Shown here piece by piece: positions 1 to 9,632 of a stretch of DNA of 64,000 nt. A program made the translations under genes and the position numbers. Position 1 is the first letter of the stretch. Each line of letters starts with the position of its first letter. This DNA comes from an uncultured Clostridia bacterium (GTDB lineage Bacteria; Bacillota; Clostridia; Oscillospirales; JAAYOS01): positions 32,620-96,619 of the forward strand of contig CALXFK010000070.1 of NCBI GenBank assembly GCA_944387575.1, read 5' to 3'. The notes under the pieces were generated by a model. The model was not told the DNA's origin and searched no databases. It saw nothing but the letters and a program-made list of their open reading frames with translations.

Positions 1-379
1 CATCCATGCTCGGCGGGATCATAAATATCATCACCGCGTCCGGACGGCGGCTTCGAACCTGCATTGCCCCGCGTGTCTCGATGTCGAGGATCACATCGCG
101 ACCGGCGTCTAGCAATTCATCGACCGGCGCCGCAGGTGTCCCGTACGAGCATCCAACATACTCAGCGTGCTCGAGAAATTCGTCCTGCTTCACCATCTCG
201 GAAAACCGACTCTCGCTTACGAACCAGTAGTGAACCCCGTCCTGCTCTCCGGGACGCGGCGCACGGGTGGTCGCGGATACCGACAGCACCGCTCCGCGCT
301 CGATGAGCTTCGCTATCACCGTGCCCTTGCCAACGCCGCTCGGTCCCGATATGACAATCAGCAGTCCTCTCTCACTCAT
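1..379 (-). CDS. gmk: guanylate kinase (N-terminal part; 3' end runs off the window edge)
   Basis: Reverse translation from ATG at 379-377 reads [25 protein letters not shown]...[18 protein letters not shown], with a P-loop. It overlaps the remA stop by 8 nt. It is absent from the ORF track because it is open at the edge. Confidence 0.9.
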   Translation of the reverse strand, partial: MSERGLLIVISGPSGVGKGTVIAKLIERGAVLSVSATTRAPRPGEQDGVHYWFVSESRFSEMVKQDEFLEHAEYVGCSYGTPAAPVDELLDAGRDVILDIETRGAMQVRSRRPDAVMIFMIPPSMD

Positions 380-635
380 CCTGCTCGTCATCCTCCTCGT
401 CACTCGCCTCAAGGCGGTGTGCAATAGTTTCTGGCTGGATAGCCGAGAGAATTATATGGTCGCTATCGGTAATTATCACCGCGCGACTCCTCCGCCCATA
501 TGTTGCATCAATGAGCGAACCTCGATCGCGCGCATCCTGGATCACCCTTTTTATCGGCGCTGAGTCCGGGCTCACTATCGCCACGAGCCGCCCCGCCGAG
601 ACCATGTTCCCAAATCCAATATTTATCAGTTTCAT
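372..635 (-). CDS. remA: RemA/DUF370 family extracellular-matrix regulatory protein
   Basis: [65 protein letters not shown] follows the B. subtilis RemA pattern. The yicC-remA-gmk order is the conserved one. Confidence 0.88.
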   Translation of the reverse strand: MKLINIGFGNMVSAGRLVAIVSPDSAPIKRVIQDARDRGSLIDATYGRRSRAVIITDSDHIILSAIQPETIAHRLEASDEEDDEQDE

Positions 636-656
636 TCGGTCTCCCCCCGCTCCACG

Positions 657-1535
657 CTACTCTATGTTCTGAATCTGCTCGCGGATCTTCTCGATCTCAG
701 CCTTCAGGTCGATGACTTCGCGAGTAATCTCGAGATCGTTCGCCTTTGAACCTATCGTGTTCGCTTCACGGTTGAACTCCTGTATCAGGAAGTCGAGCTT
801 CCGCCCAACCTGTCCGCCCGCGTCGAGTAGCGACTCAAGCTGTGCGGCGTGACTGCGCAGCCGCACCGTCTCCTCAGCGACCGCAGTCCGGTCGGCGAAT
901 ATCGCCGCCTCGGTGAGTATCCGTGCCTCATCAATGGTGCTGTCCGCGAGGATGTCCCGCATACGCCCGAGCAGCTTCTCGCGGTACTCGGCAACCGCCT
1001 CAGCGCTTCGCAGCTCTATCCTTCCCACGGCTGACACTATCTTCTGTGCCCGCTCCATTATATCCGCACGGAGGTTCTCCCCCTCGCGGCGGCTCATTTC
1101 AAGGTACCCCGTCATCGCTTCGTCCAGCACGCCGAGCACCAGCCCGCGCAGCAAATCCTCATCCGTCTCCGCGCGCTCGACCCGCAACACCTCCGGCATC
1201 CGTGCAATGTCTATCAAACCCGGCTCACCCTTCAGTTCGAGCTCGCCCTTCAGCCCGCCGAGCGCCTCGAGATATGCCGCGGCGAGCTTCCTGTTGAGAG
1301 ACACCGTCTCCCCTTCGCCCTCCGCGAGCTCGACCGTGATGAACACGTCCACCTTTCCACGCGCTATGTCCTGCGAAATGCGGCGCTTGACCGCGTCCTC
1401 CAGATAGATATACATGCGCGGCAAACGCACGCTGCAATCGAAATACCGATGATTGACCGAACGCAGCTCGGCGGTGATTGAATATCCGCCCTCAGTTCGC
1501 TGCGCGCGACCATACCCGGTCATGCTTCTGACCAT
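657..1535 (-). CDS. yicC: YicC family stress-induced protein
   Basis: N-terminus is MVRSMTGYGRA. C-terminus is EANTIGSKAND..I...VIDLKAEIEKIREQIQNIE (DUF1732-type end). Confidence 0.9.
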   Translation of the reverse strand: MVRSMTGYGRAQRTEGGYSITAELRSVNHRYFDCSVRLPRMYIYLEDAVKRRISQDIARGKVDVFITVELAEGEGETVSLNRKLAAAYLEALGGLKGELELKGEPGLIDIARMPEVLRVERAETDEDLLRGLVLGVLDEAMTGYLEMSRREGENLRADIMERAQKIVSAVGRIELRSAEAVAEYREKLLGRMRDILADSTIDEARILTEAAIFADRTAVAEETVRLRSHAAQLESLLDAGGQVGRKLDFLIQEFNREANTIGSKANDLEITREVIDLKAEIEKIREQIQNIE

Positions 1536-1566
1536 TCCAAGCTCTCCCCTTCCACGTTATTTGACG

Positions 1567-2091
1567 TCATTTCAAAATGGTCCTCACAAATCGCGCTCCA
1601 AACACCGTTATCAACCGGCTGAAACAGTAGTCATACACTACAAAGCACGCACTTCCCGCGAGGAACAGCGCCCATATTGGTAGCCCAAACTCGCCCAGAT
1701 CGATGACAAGCACGCTCACCACGCCGAGCAGCGCCGCAAACAGTAGGTTGCACACCACTAGCTTCACAGCCCACTCTGCGACACGGCTTCTTATCTTGCG
1801 CTCTATCAGACTTTTCAGTATCGCCCAATGCCCAAAAAGCATTATGTACGCGAGCGCCGCGCCCTTATCCGGCACGAGCAACACGGACAGTATCCCGGTC
1901 GCCGCGTATGTAAGCAGACCCCATTTCATGCCGCCTGCCATTACCGGCAGCGCGGGCAGCAGCCCCGCTATCGCCGCAAGCGCGAGCTGCATCGTGGGCA
2001 GCACTCCGACAAGATAGATAAGCACCGTGCCAAGCGCGGTGAGCACCGCAGCGGCGGATATCAGTCGAGTGCGACGCTTTACATTGTTCAT
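1567..2091 (-). CDS. hypothetical polytopic membrane protein
   Basis: 174 aa with about 5 hydrophobic segments and an ATG start. It fills the gap between its neighbours on the same strand. I did not recognise a family. Confidence 0.6.
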   Translation of the reverse strand: MNNVKRRTRLISAAAVLTALGTVLIYLVGVLPTMQLALAAIAGLLPALPVMAGGMKWGLLTYAATGILSVLLVPDKGAALAYIMLFGHWAILKSLIERKIRSRVAEWAVKLVVCNLLFAALLGVVSVLVIDLGEFGLPIWALFLAGSACFVVYDYCFSRLITVFGARFVRTILK

Positions 2092-2109
2092 TTCATCTTC
2101 CTCCGCAGC

Positions 2110-2745
2110 TCAGATACACGGAACGAGGTCGCCGCCCATGCACTCGCAGCAGCAGTCGGCACATATCAGGTTGGAGCAACAGCTACACGCATCCATGCCA
2201 CCGGCACCCGGTCTGCCCGCGTTGCGGTACATACCGCCCTGCTCCATCTGCATGACCGCCTGACGGTACTCGGCGTTTCCCGGCTCCATGTCGGAGGCGG
2301 TCCTGAAATTACGAAGAGCCTCGTCGTACCATCCCTTGCGGCTGCATATAGCGCCGTACAGGAAATACCACTCAGCGGTCTTTTCGGGGACCGAGCGCAG
2401 CATCTGCTCCGCCTGCCCGATATTGCCCATAGCTATATACTGGCGTATGCGCGCATAGACTCCCTGTCCACCATATCCGGAGCCAGAGCCGGAGTACCCG
2501 CCCTGCGACGAGCTTCCCGCGCCAGAGCCCGAGTACCCGCCCTGCGACGAACCGCCGGCGCGCATCTTCTTTATCTGATCGTACGCCTCGTTTATCTCCT
2601 TCATCTTCTCCTCGGCAAGTCCGCTCAGGGGGTTGTCGACGTACTTGTCGGGGTGGTACTTCCGTGCGAGGTCGCGATATGCGTTTCTGATCTCGTCGTC
2701 GCTCGCCGACGGCTCCACGCCAAGTACCTTATAAGGGTCGCTCAT
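2110..2745 (-). CDS. J-domain (DnaJ-like) protein with a Gly/Ser repeat, a TPR-like segment and a Cys-rich tail
   Basis: [35 protein letters not shown] contains the HPD motif. The C-terminus is [27 protein letters not shown]. Confidence 0.85.
   Translation of the reverse strand: MSDPYKVLGVEPSASDDEIRNAYRDLARKYHPDKYVDNPLSGLAEEKMKEINEAYDQIKKMRAGGSSQGGYSGSGAGSSSQGGYSGSGSGYGGQGVYARIRQYIAMGNIGQAEQMLRSVPEKTAEWYFLYGAICSRKGWYDEALRNFRTASDMEPGNAEYRQAVMQMEQGGMYRNAGRPGAGGMDACSCCSNLICADCCCECMGGDLVPCI
2482..2559. repeat. 2 x 39-bp tandem direct repeat inside the J-domain gene
   Basis: gccagagccggagtacccgccctgcgacga... occurs at 2482 and gccagagcccgagtacccgccctgcgacga... at 2521. It encodes the duplicated 13-aa unit [10 protein letters not shown]. 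Confidence 0.8.
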
Positions 2746-2748
2746 CTA

Positions 2749-3699
2749 TCAATTCTCCTTTTTCTGTTTTCTGCGTCGCCATGTCCCCTCAAACACCGAG
2801 CGGCTCACCATGTCCAGCCCGCTCATCAGGACATTCGACACAAACCCGCTCTGCTGCCCAAACTCGAGCCGCTCATACGCCATGTACGCCGCGTCGAGTG
2901 ACAGCGAAAGCGTCCGTTCAAGCTCGCGCCTGACCTCCTCTATCCGCTCTGCGCCGAGGTCCCCCTCGCGCAGCCCGTACCGCGCCGCGACCGCGTTGTA
3001 CTCCCCGCGCCCGAGGTCGCGCACAAGGTCATCATATGCGTCTATGATATATATCCACCTGCCCACATGGTAGAGCAGCTCCCCAAACGTCTCTCCTGCA
3101 CCCGCACCCAAGTCCGAGTCCAAACCGTCCTCCTCACACGCGCTCCTCCCTGCGGCGCGCAGTATCTGTGCAAAGCAGTCGGCGCACATGTCGAGGCTCG
3201 TGCATCCCTCCCGCTCAAGCTCCGCGAGCTCGGCGAGCTGTTCTCCGGTTCGAGCGTACAGCTCTGGGTGCAGCCGCTTTGCCTTATTCTCAGCGCGTGA
3301 GAAGAATATGAGCGCGAGCCGGGAAGCGGCGCGGCGCGCAAACCTGCCGTCCTGCGCGTCGTCCCTGAACTTAAAGCAGGCAAGTATCACATTGAGATCA
3401 GCCGCTATTTCAAGCGCTCGTGTAGGCTCTCCGCCCTGCGCGCACGCGATGCACCGTCTGTGCAGCGGGTGCGCCACACACCTCCGCGCAGGGTAACACG
3501 TTACCGGTGCTCCGGGCTGCGCGGTATACAGACCCTCGAGCGCAGCGGCAAAAAACGCGAGGTCGTAGTTCAGCATCATACTCGCCGCAAACCCATATCG
3601 CTTGCCTATTGCGCGGCAAAGACCACAATATATCGCGCGGAACCTCTCATATTCCGCCACCCGCAGACTTCCCTTTAGCGGGCGAACATATCCAAACAT
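2749..3699 (-). CDS. conserved Clostridia protein, DUF5685-like, paired with the J-domain gene
   Basis: MFGYVRPLKGSLRVAEYERFRAIYCGLCRAIGKRYGF... matches my memory of the DUF5685 N-terminus. Only 3 nt separate it from the downstream J-domain gene. The family name is from recall and is not verified. Confidence 0.6.
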   Translation of the reverse strand: MFGYVRPLKGSLRVAEYERFRAIYCGLCRAIGKRYGFAASMMLNYDLAFFAAALEGLYTAQPGAPVTCYPARRCVAHPLHRRCIACAQGGEPTRALEIAADLNVILACFKFRDDAQDGRFARRAASRLALIFFSRAENKAKRLHPELYARTGEQLAELAELEREGCTSLDMCADCFAQILRAAGRSACEEDGLDSDLGAGAGETFGELLYHVGRWIYIIDAYDDLVRDLGRGEYNAVAARYGLREGDLGAERIEEVRRELERTLSLSLDAAYMAYERLEFGQQSGFVSNVLMSGLDMVSRSVFEGTWRRRKQKKEN

Positions 3700-3830
3700 C
3701 CGGACAAACCTCCGCCGTATCCCACATTCGGCGCAAAAAAGGCGCGCCCTCGATAGGTCGGTAAGTTATTTTACCACTATATGCGCACCTTTGGCAAGGT
3801 TGTGCCAAAAATTTTCACTTTCTTCACAAT

Positions 3831-4202
3831 TCAGTCCACCGCACGCGAGAGCACTTCGACAATTCGCACCGGTATATCCTCCCGCCGCGCGCGCGAGGTG
3901 AGCCTCGCCACAATAATTCCTATAACGAGCCCCACAGCAACTCCCACAGGCGCAAGCCCTACACGCAGAAGTTCGGCTGCTACCCCGAGCACTATTGCAA
4001 GCACCGCCGGCAACAGATACACGAGCATCGCCACCGCTCCGATCGTTCCAGACGGTGTCTCGACTACACACAGGTCGCCCGGTCGCGCCCCCACACTGTT
4101 TTCCGCCTTCGCGGTGACCATCGAGCTGCACGCCTCCCCCATTCCGCAGGATGCACACTCCCCTCCGCACGCCGACGCGCGTCGGACGCGCACCTCGCAC
4201 AT
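3831..4202 (-). CDS. RseC/MucC (SoxR-reducing system) family protein
   Basis: The Cys motif is ACGGECASCG...C, followed by two C-terminal TM segments. I placed the start at the ATG at 4202, behind GGCGGAGGG, rather than the track start at 4244. Confidence 0.7.
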   Translation of the reverse strand: MCEVRVRRASACGGECASCGMGEACSSMVTAKAENSVGARPGDLCVVETPSGTIGAVAMLVYLLPAVLAIVLGVAAELLRVGLAPVGVAVGLVIGIIVARLTSRARREDIPVRIVEVLSRAVD

Positions 4203-4375
4203 CCCTCCGCCGAGTTCTTTCCCGGCAACAGCCGTCTGCCGCATTATCTTCCCTCCGTTTCAGAAGTTTAACCGCCGCTCCCGCGTCTGCCGCATATCCT
4301 CATGCGGACAGCAGCCCGCGAGCTTCCGAAAAAGCCCGCGGGCAAAAATATAATATCCCGGATCCCGCAGACGTC

Positions 4376-5641
4376 TTAACCGTCCGCGCCAGCGGACTGC
4401 GCCGCCTCCTCCTCGGTCATTATCACGAGGGCGACGCGGTAATTCCCGACAACGCCAACCTCACTGTGTCCGTCTACATACACGACAGCTTCCGCAGACA
4501 CAGCGCCGCGGGCTATATCCTCCTCCTCAAGCGTGACCACTGCTCGGAGATTGTTCGCCCGGACCTCCTCTATCGCCTCAGCCGGACCTCTTACCGCAAT
4601 GCTGAGCTGCGTAGTGGTGAGCTCGTAGACGTACCCTTCGGGCAGCATCACGGTTATATTGTCGCACGCGAACACCTGTGTCACGAGCCCCGCTATCTCG
4701 ACCGTGACCGTACACTCGGTCACGCCGCTGATGTTCACGACGTCGTTTGGCAGCACTATCGTGCGAGTATACCTGCCGGTACGCGACGCCTGCTCGGCGA
4801 GGTCTATCGGGTCGAGCTGGATGACGTTGAGCGCGGCAAGGATATCCGCATCCCCCTTCACGGTGATGCTCGACGGCTCAATATCCACCGTCGCGTCGTT
4901 TACGGTCGCGCCGCCGCCGGGCAGCAATTCTACCGAGAGCGGGATTTCCTTTATTTGCACGACCTCCATCGAGACGGTCACATACTCGTTATCCGCCGTT
5001 ATGTCGGTGCGTGGGATCTCCTGACCATATTCGTCGTACAGTTTGTACTCGACCTCGGTGGTTATACTCGAGGATACGTTTTCCCGCTCGAGCACCGCCT
5101 CCGCGTATGCTATGCGTGCAACGGTCGCCTCCGGACCGGTCACGAGAATGGTGTCCGGATTGACGACCGGCTGCTCAGCGATGTACCCGTCCGCTATCGA
5201 GACCTCGTTGCGCAGTCGCACCTCGACCGGCGTGGTCTGGACCTTTTCTATCTTGACCGATATATACGCGGGCGAACCACCCACAACCGTTATCTTGTCG
5301 CTCAATTTCTCAGGCAGCGTCACCTCGTACATGAGCTGATGCGTACCCGCGGTGGTGACTATCGAGAGGTCGGCAGTCACCGAGATCTCGTCGCGCATGT
5401 TGCGCAGCGATGCCACGTCCACAATGCTGCCCTGCACCTCGAGGTCGATGGTCATTTTCTTGTTCGATGTGACGACGAGCGAGTAATCGCTGAGCAGCTC
5501 GTCCTCCCCCTGCAATGTGACGACAATTCCGGAGATAGTCTCATTTTTCGTCGGTTTCTCCACTCCGACTACATATATCCAGAGCAGACACGCCATGAGT
5601 ATCGATATCGCCGCATATCCGAGCTTTGTGCGCCCACTCAT
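4376..5641 (-). CDS. cdaR: CdaR (YbbR-domain) regulator of diadenylate cyclase
   Basis: An N-terminal TM segment is followed by repeated YbbR-like beta-rich modules. The start overlaps the cdaA stop in an ATGA junction. Confidence 0.85.
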   Translation of the reverse strand: MSGRTKLGYAAISILMACLLWIYVVGVEKPTKNETISGIVVTLQGEDELLSDYSLVVTSNKKMTIDLEVQGSIVDVASLRNMRDEISVTADLSIVTTAGTHQLMYEVTLPEKLSDKITVVGGSPAYISVKIEKVQTTPVEVRLRNEVSIADGYIAEQPVVNPDTILVTGPEATVARIAYAEAVLERENVSSSITTEVEYKLYDEYGQEIPRTDITADNEYVTVSMEVVQIKEIPLSVELLPGGGATVNDATVDIEPSSITVKGDADILAALNVIQLDPIDLAEQASRTGRYTRTIVLPNDVVNISGVTECTVTVEIAGLVTQVFACDNITVMLPEGYVYELTTTQLSIAVRGPAEAIEEVRANNLRAVVTLEEEDIARGAVSAEAVVYVDGHSEVGVVGNYRVALVIMTEEEAAQSAGADG

Positions 5642-6615
5642 TCGACATCCTCCCCGCCGTTCTTATCCGCGCGCCGCTTTTTGCGACTCTTCCAGCCGTT
5701 CTTATCCACGCCACTCTCCTTCTTCTCCTTAGGCGGACGGACAAAGGTGGAGCGCATCGAGCTTACGACCTTGTTCACTCGTTTACGCACGGCACTTGTC
5801 GCATCCTCGCCCTCCTCGGCGGGCAACAGCTCTTTGCGAAGAAGCGCCATCAGCGTCTCGGTGGTGAGGTGTCGCTTGAGCATACCGTCGGTCGCGACCG
5901 AGATAGTCCCGGTCTCCTCGCTGACTATCACAACTACCGCGTCGCTCGCCTCGCTTACGCCGACCCCCGCGCGGTGGCGGGTGCCGAGGTCACGGCTGAG
6001 GCTGGTGTTCGAGCTGTTTGGCAGCACGCAGCCCGCTGCGAGCACGCGGTTTTCACGTATTATCATCGCGCCGTCGTGCAGCGCGGCATTTTTGAAGAAT
6101 ATGTTCTTGACAAGCATCGTGGACACGTCCGCATTTATAATAGTCCCGGTTCTGACTAGGTCGTCGAGCAACACCCGCCGTTCAAACACGATGAGAGCGC
6201 CGGTCTTTTCCTGCGAGAACGTCCCACAGGCGGACACGACCTGCGATATGACCACACCACTCTCCGCCGCATCACCCTCGCGGTGCATGAAGAACCGATT
6301 GAATCGATTAGCACCAAACTTTTCAAGTATTTTCCGAAGCTCGGGCTGGAACATGATTATCACAGCGATAAACCCGACCTGCATCATGGTGGTGAGGATG
6401 TAGTTTATCACATTCAGACCAAAAAGCCCGCTCAGCGCAAGTACCACGACAAGCAGCGCGATCCCCTTGAGGACCTGCGCCGCCGTCGACTTTCGCACCA
6501 ACACCATCAGCTTGTATATGGCGAATGCAACTATCGCTACATCGACCACATCCATGACCGACGCAAGCGACAGATAGCTCCTTATATTCTCAAAGGCCTC
6601 TCCGAGCACTCCCAT
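5638..6615 (-). CDS. cdaA: diadenylate cyclase CdaA
   Basis: Three N-terminal TM segments, then the DAC domain (TGALIVFER...HDGAMII...LGTRHRAGVG.SE.SDAVVVIVSEETG.ISVA). I prefer the ATG at 6615 (MGVLGEAF). The track ORF from 6708 adds an Arg-rich, non-protein-like leader. Confidence 0.9.
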   Translation of the reverse strand: MGVLGEAFENIRSYLSLASVMDVVDVAIVAFAIYKLMVLVRKSTAAQVLKGIALLVVVLALSGLFGLNVINYILTTMMQVGFIAVIIMFQPELRKILEKFGANRFNRFFMHREGDAAESGVVISQVVSACGTFSQEKTGALIVFERRVLLDDLVRTGTIINADVSTMLVKNIFFKNAALHDGAMIIRENRVLAAGCVLPNSSNTSLSRDLGTRHRAGVGVSEASDAVVVIVSEETGTISVATDGMLKRHLTTETLMALLRKELLPAEEGEDATSAVRKRVNKVVSSMRSTFVRPPKEKKESGVDKNGWKSRKKRRADKNGGEDVE

Positions 6616-6834
6616 AGTATATTTACCGCCTTGTTCATCTATCCGCCCCGGCTCCCGCCGGGAACGATCCGCTTCACGTCTCCCCGCGCGCCCTGCGCGC
6701 CTCTGCATGCTTGTATGACGGTATACCGACTATACCTCGAATATACCTGTTAATACTATATCATTTTTAGCCGGTCATGTGAATAGGAAAATTCAATTTA
6801 TCTTCTCTTTATATTCTCCGTTTACGCGCCGTTT

Positions 6835-7998
6835 TCAGAGTGGCTCCCGCTGCGCTATTCTCGCAAGCGCCCGCACGGCAGCATCCGCTTCCGACGGCTT
6901 TGTGAACACCGACGGGCTGAGCCTCACGCTCCCCTCCCGCCCGGTCCCGGCGGAGTCGTGTGCGAGCGGCGCACAGTGTTGACCGGCACGCACCGCTATC
7001 CCCTCTGCCGCGAGCAGTTCCGCCGTCCGCTCGCAGCTCACGCCGCGCACCACGAGAGACAGCACGCCGGTCTGACAGAAGAGACCGGGCGCAGCGAACA
7101 CCCTCACCCGCGGGTACAGTGCAAGCCCGGAAATTATTCGCCGCGCCATCTCCCGTTCGTGGGCAAGTATCCGCGCCGCTCCAGTCCTTCGAACAAAGCG
7201 CACCCCCTCACGCAGCCCCGCTATACCGTGAACGTTTTGCGTACCTGCCTCCACCCGCTCTGGGAGGTAGTCCGGCATCCCCTCCGCGCGCGAATCTCCG
7301 CCCGTACCCCCGAACATCAGCGGCTCGGGCGGTTCCTCCTCATACCGATCGCCCACGCACACGAGCGCACCGGTGCCCTGCGGTCCGTACAGTCCCTTGT
7401 GACCCGGCATACACAGGTATCGCGTCGCGCGCAGCGCTGCTGCGTTCAGTTCAAGCACCCCCGCAGACTGGCTCGCATCCACTATCAGTGGCACGCCGTG
7501 TTCCGCACAGAGCTCATCGGCGCGCTCCACCGGCAGAATGTATCCGAACACGTTTGAGACGTGGGTCATCACCACCAGCCCCGCACCTCTGCGCAGTTCC
7601 GCTTCCAACTTGTACAGAAATACCTCCGGCTCAAAAAGCGGACTGCGCAGCACCACTATCTCAATTTCCCCTGCCCGTTCCTTCGCGAGCAGCGGGCGAC
7701 GCACCGCGTTGTGCTCATACCCGCTTATAAGCACCCGCATTCCCGGACGAACAAGCGAGTTTATCGCAATGTTCAGCGCATGGGTGGCATTCATCGTGAA
7801 CACCACCCGCTCCGGTTCCGCAAGCCCGAAAAGTGCAGCTATCTCACCGCGGCACTCGAACAACACTCGGTCACTGTACGCTTCCCCCGAGTGACCACCC
7901 CGTCCGGCGTTCCCGCCGCGGTGCAAAGCCTCACTCACCGCGCGGCGCACCTGTGCAGGCTTGTGCATGGTGGTCGCCGCATTGTCAAGGTATATCAT
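6835..7998 (-). CDS. class-V aminotransferase fold PLP enzyme (cysteine desulfurase family)
   Basis: MIYLDNAATT..., SGYEHNAV and the PLP-lysine context MPGHKGLYGPQGTG are present. The ATG at 7998 sits behind GAGG. The track start at 8112 was rejected. Confidence 0.85.
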   Translation of the reverse strand: MIYLDNAATTMHKPAQVRRAVSEALHRGGNAGRGGHSGEAYSDRVLFECRGEIAALFGLAEPERVVFTMNATHALNIAINSLVRPGMRVLISGYEHNAVRRPLLAKERAGEIEIVVLRSPLFEPEVFLYKLEAELRRGAGLVVMTHVSNVFGYILPVERADELCAEHGVPLIVDASQSAGVLELNAAALRATRYLCMPGHKGLYGPQGTGALVCVGDRYEEEPPEPLMFGGTGGDSRAEGMPDYLPERVEAGTQNVHGIAGLREGVRFVRRTGAARILAHEREMARRIISGLALYPRVRVFAAPGLFCQTGVLSLVVRGVSCERTAELLAAEGIAVRAGQHCAPLAHDSAGTGREGSVRLSPSVFTKPSEADAAVRALARIAQREPL

Positions 7999-8002
7999 AT
8001 CC

Positions 8003-8266
8003 TCACGCCCCGTACCCTTTCTCCTCGGTGTACCTCCCGTCGGCGCCCACGCAGTATATCCTGCGGGGTGGCATATGCGCCGCACGCAGCACCTCAGCAG
8101 CCTGCCCCACAAGCTGCTGCGCTATCGCGACAGCATATCCGCAGCCCTCGCGGCTCACATCTGCAGGCGGACGGACCACCCGCGCCGGAAGCCCCGCCGA
8201 CGCAAGCGCCACCGCCATTGCCCGCGCCCGCGTCGCCCCCCTGCTCGTTATAAGACACTCGCTCAT
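8003..8266 (-). CDS. DUF3343-like putative S/Se carrier protein
   Basis: It is 87 aa with the pattern ..CLITSRGATRARAM...L...G.PARVVRPP...S.EGCGYAV. It lies 4 nt upstream of the desulfurase-family gene. The family was assigned from memory. Confidence 0.6.
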   Translation of the reverse strand: MSECLITSRGATRARAMAVALASAGLPARVVRPPADVSREGCGYAVAIAQQLVGQAAEVLRAAHMPPRRIYCVGADGRYTEEKGYGA

Positions 8267-8474
8267 ACCCCTGCCCTCCCCTTTCTTTCCGCTTTATACA
8301 CGGCAGTCTATGCCGCCCACGAAGGGGTGGTGCCTCACACCCGCCGCCGTGCGTTAGTCGTCGGCAAGGTTTGCATTTTATGTGTGGCATTTCGGGCGAA
8401 AACGTGTTATAATCCGGGTATAATGATTTTGTTTTAAAGTTCCATTAACAAGGGACCACAAGGGAGAGACAGAC

Positions 8475-9569
8475 GTGAAAAAAGTTATGCTCGTTTTCGG
8501 GACGCGTCCGGAAGCGATTAAGATGTGCCCGCTCGTACTCGAGTTTCGCCGCCGCCCCGAGTTCCGGACGGTGGTCTGTGTTACCGGTCAGCACCGAGAA
8601 ATGCTCACACAGGTGCTCGATGCGTTCGGTGTCCAGCCGGATTACGACCTCGCTATCATGAAACAGAACCAGACCCTGTTCGACATAACCTCTGAAATAC
8701 TGCTGCGCATTCGCCCGGTGCTCGAAAGCGAGCGCCCGGACGTGCTCCTCGTGCACGGAGACACGACCACCACCTTCGCCGCGGCACTCGCAGGGTTCTA
8801 TCTTCAGATACCGGTCGGGCATGTGGAGGCAGGGCTGCGCACTCACAATCTGTATTCGCCGTACCCCGAGGAGTTCAACCGTACCGCAGTCGGCATCGTC
8901 GCAAAGTACCACTTCGCCCCCACCGAACAGGCGAAGGCTAACCTCCTCGCGGAGGGGAAGAGCAGCGATGGCATATACGTCACCGGCAACACCGCTATTG
9001 ACGCGCTGCGCACCACTGTCCGCGAGGATTACCGGCACGAGCAGCTCGACTGGGCGGAAGGCAGCCGCCTTGTGCTGCTCACCGCGCACCGACGCGAGAA
9101 CCTCGGCGAACCGATGCACCACATGTTCCGTGCGATACGTAGAATAGTCGACGAGCGAGCTGATGTGAAGGTGCTCTACCCTATCCACATGAACCCGGTA
9201 GTGCGCCGGGCGGCGGAGGAGGAGCTCTCCGGTTCGGACCGTATTCGCATAATCGAGCCTCTCGACGTGCTCGACTTTCACAACTTCCTTGCGCGCTCCT
9301 ACCTTGTGCTCACCGACAGCGGCGGCATACAGGAGGAGGCACCGTCGCTCGGAAAGCCGGTGCTCGTCATGCGGGACACGACCGAGCGCCCGGAGGGGGT
9401 CGCTGCCGGCACACTCAAGCTAGTGGGCACACACGAGGACACCATTTATGAAGCATTCCGTTCGCTACTGGACGACCGCGCGGAGTACGAAAAGATGAGT
9501 CTTGCCTCCAACCCCTATGGCGACGGACACACGAGCGAGAGGATAGCGGACATTCTGGAGCGGAACTGA
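8475..9569 (+). CDS. wecB: UDP-N-acetylglucosamine 2-epimerase (non-hydrolysing)
   Basis: KVMLVFGTRPEAIKM.PL, HVEAGLRT, FAPT and TDSGGIQEEAPSLGKPVLV.R..TERPEG are all present. The start is GTG at 8475, after GGGAGAG. Confidence 0.92.
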   Translation: MKKVMLVFGTRPEAIKMCPLVLEFRRRPEFRTVVCVTGQHREMLTQVLDAFGVQPDYDLAIMKQNQTLFDITSEILLRIRPVLESERPDVLLVHGDTTTTFAAALAGFYLQIPVGHVEAGLRTHNLYSPYPEEFNRTAVGIVAKYHFAPTEQAKANLLAEGKSSDGIYVTGNTAIDALRTTVREDYRHEQLDWAEGSRLVLLTAHRRENLGEPMHHMFRAIRRIVDERADVKVLYPIHMNPVVRRAAEEELSGSDRIRIIEPLDVLDFHNFLARSYLVLTDSGGIQEEAPSLGKPVLVMRDTTERPEGVAAGTLKLVGTHEDTIYEAFRSLLDDRAEYEKMSLASNPYGDGHTSERIADILERN

Positions 9570-9593
9570 TACATTCCCCATAAAACTCAATTA

Positions 9594-9629
9594 CCCGAGG
9601 CGGAGCACTGAGGCTCCCCTCGGGTTTTT
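9594..9629 (+). terminator. intrinsic terminator of wecB
   Basis: CCCGAGGCGGAGC-actgag-GCTCCCCTCGGG is followed by TTTTT. Confidence 0.8.
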
Positions 9630-9632
9630 CAT

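Noticed and set aside
4151-6403. A 750-aa plus-strand ORF.
   Set aside because: It is antisense to cdaR and cdaA, which have clear domain signatures. Its product is Arg/His/Leu-rich and has no motifs, so it is a typical high-GC shadow ORF.
6616-8112. N-terminally extended versions of the track ORFs: cdaA from 6708 and the desulfurase-family gene from 8112. The same applies to tpiA from 34773, pduL from 17969, trmL from 38053, the capsid gene from 58210 and the Kelch gene from 55186.
   Set aside because: The extensions are Arg/Cys/Gly-rich, lack SD sequences and run into upstream genes or promoters. Internal ATGs with good SD sequences give canonical N-termini.
8445-9281. A 278-aa minus-strand ORF opposite wecB.
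   Set aside because: It is an antisense shadow, and the wecB motifs are unambiguous.
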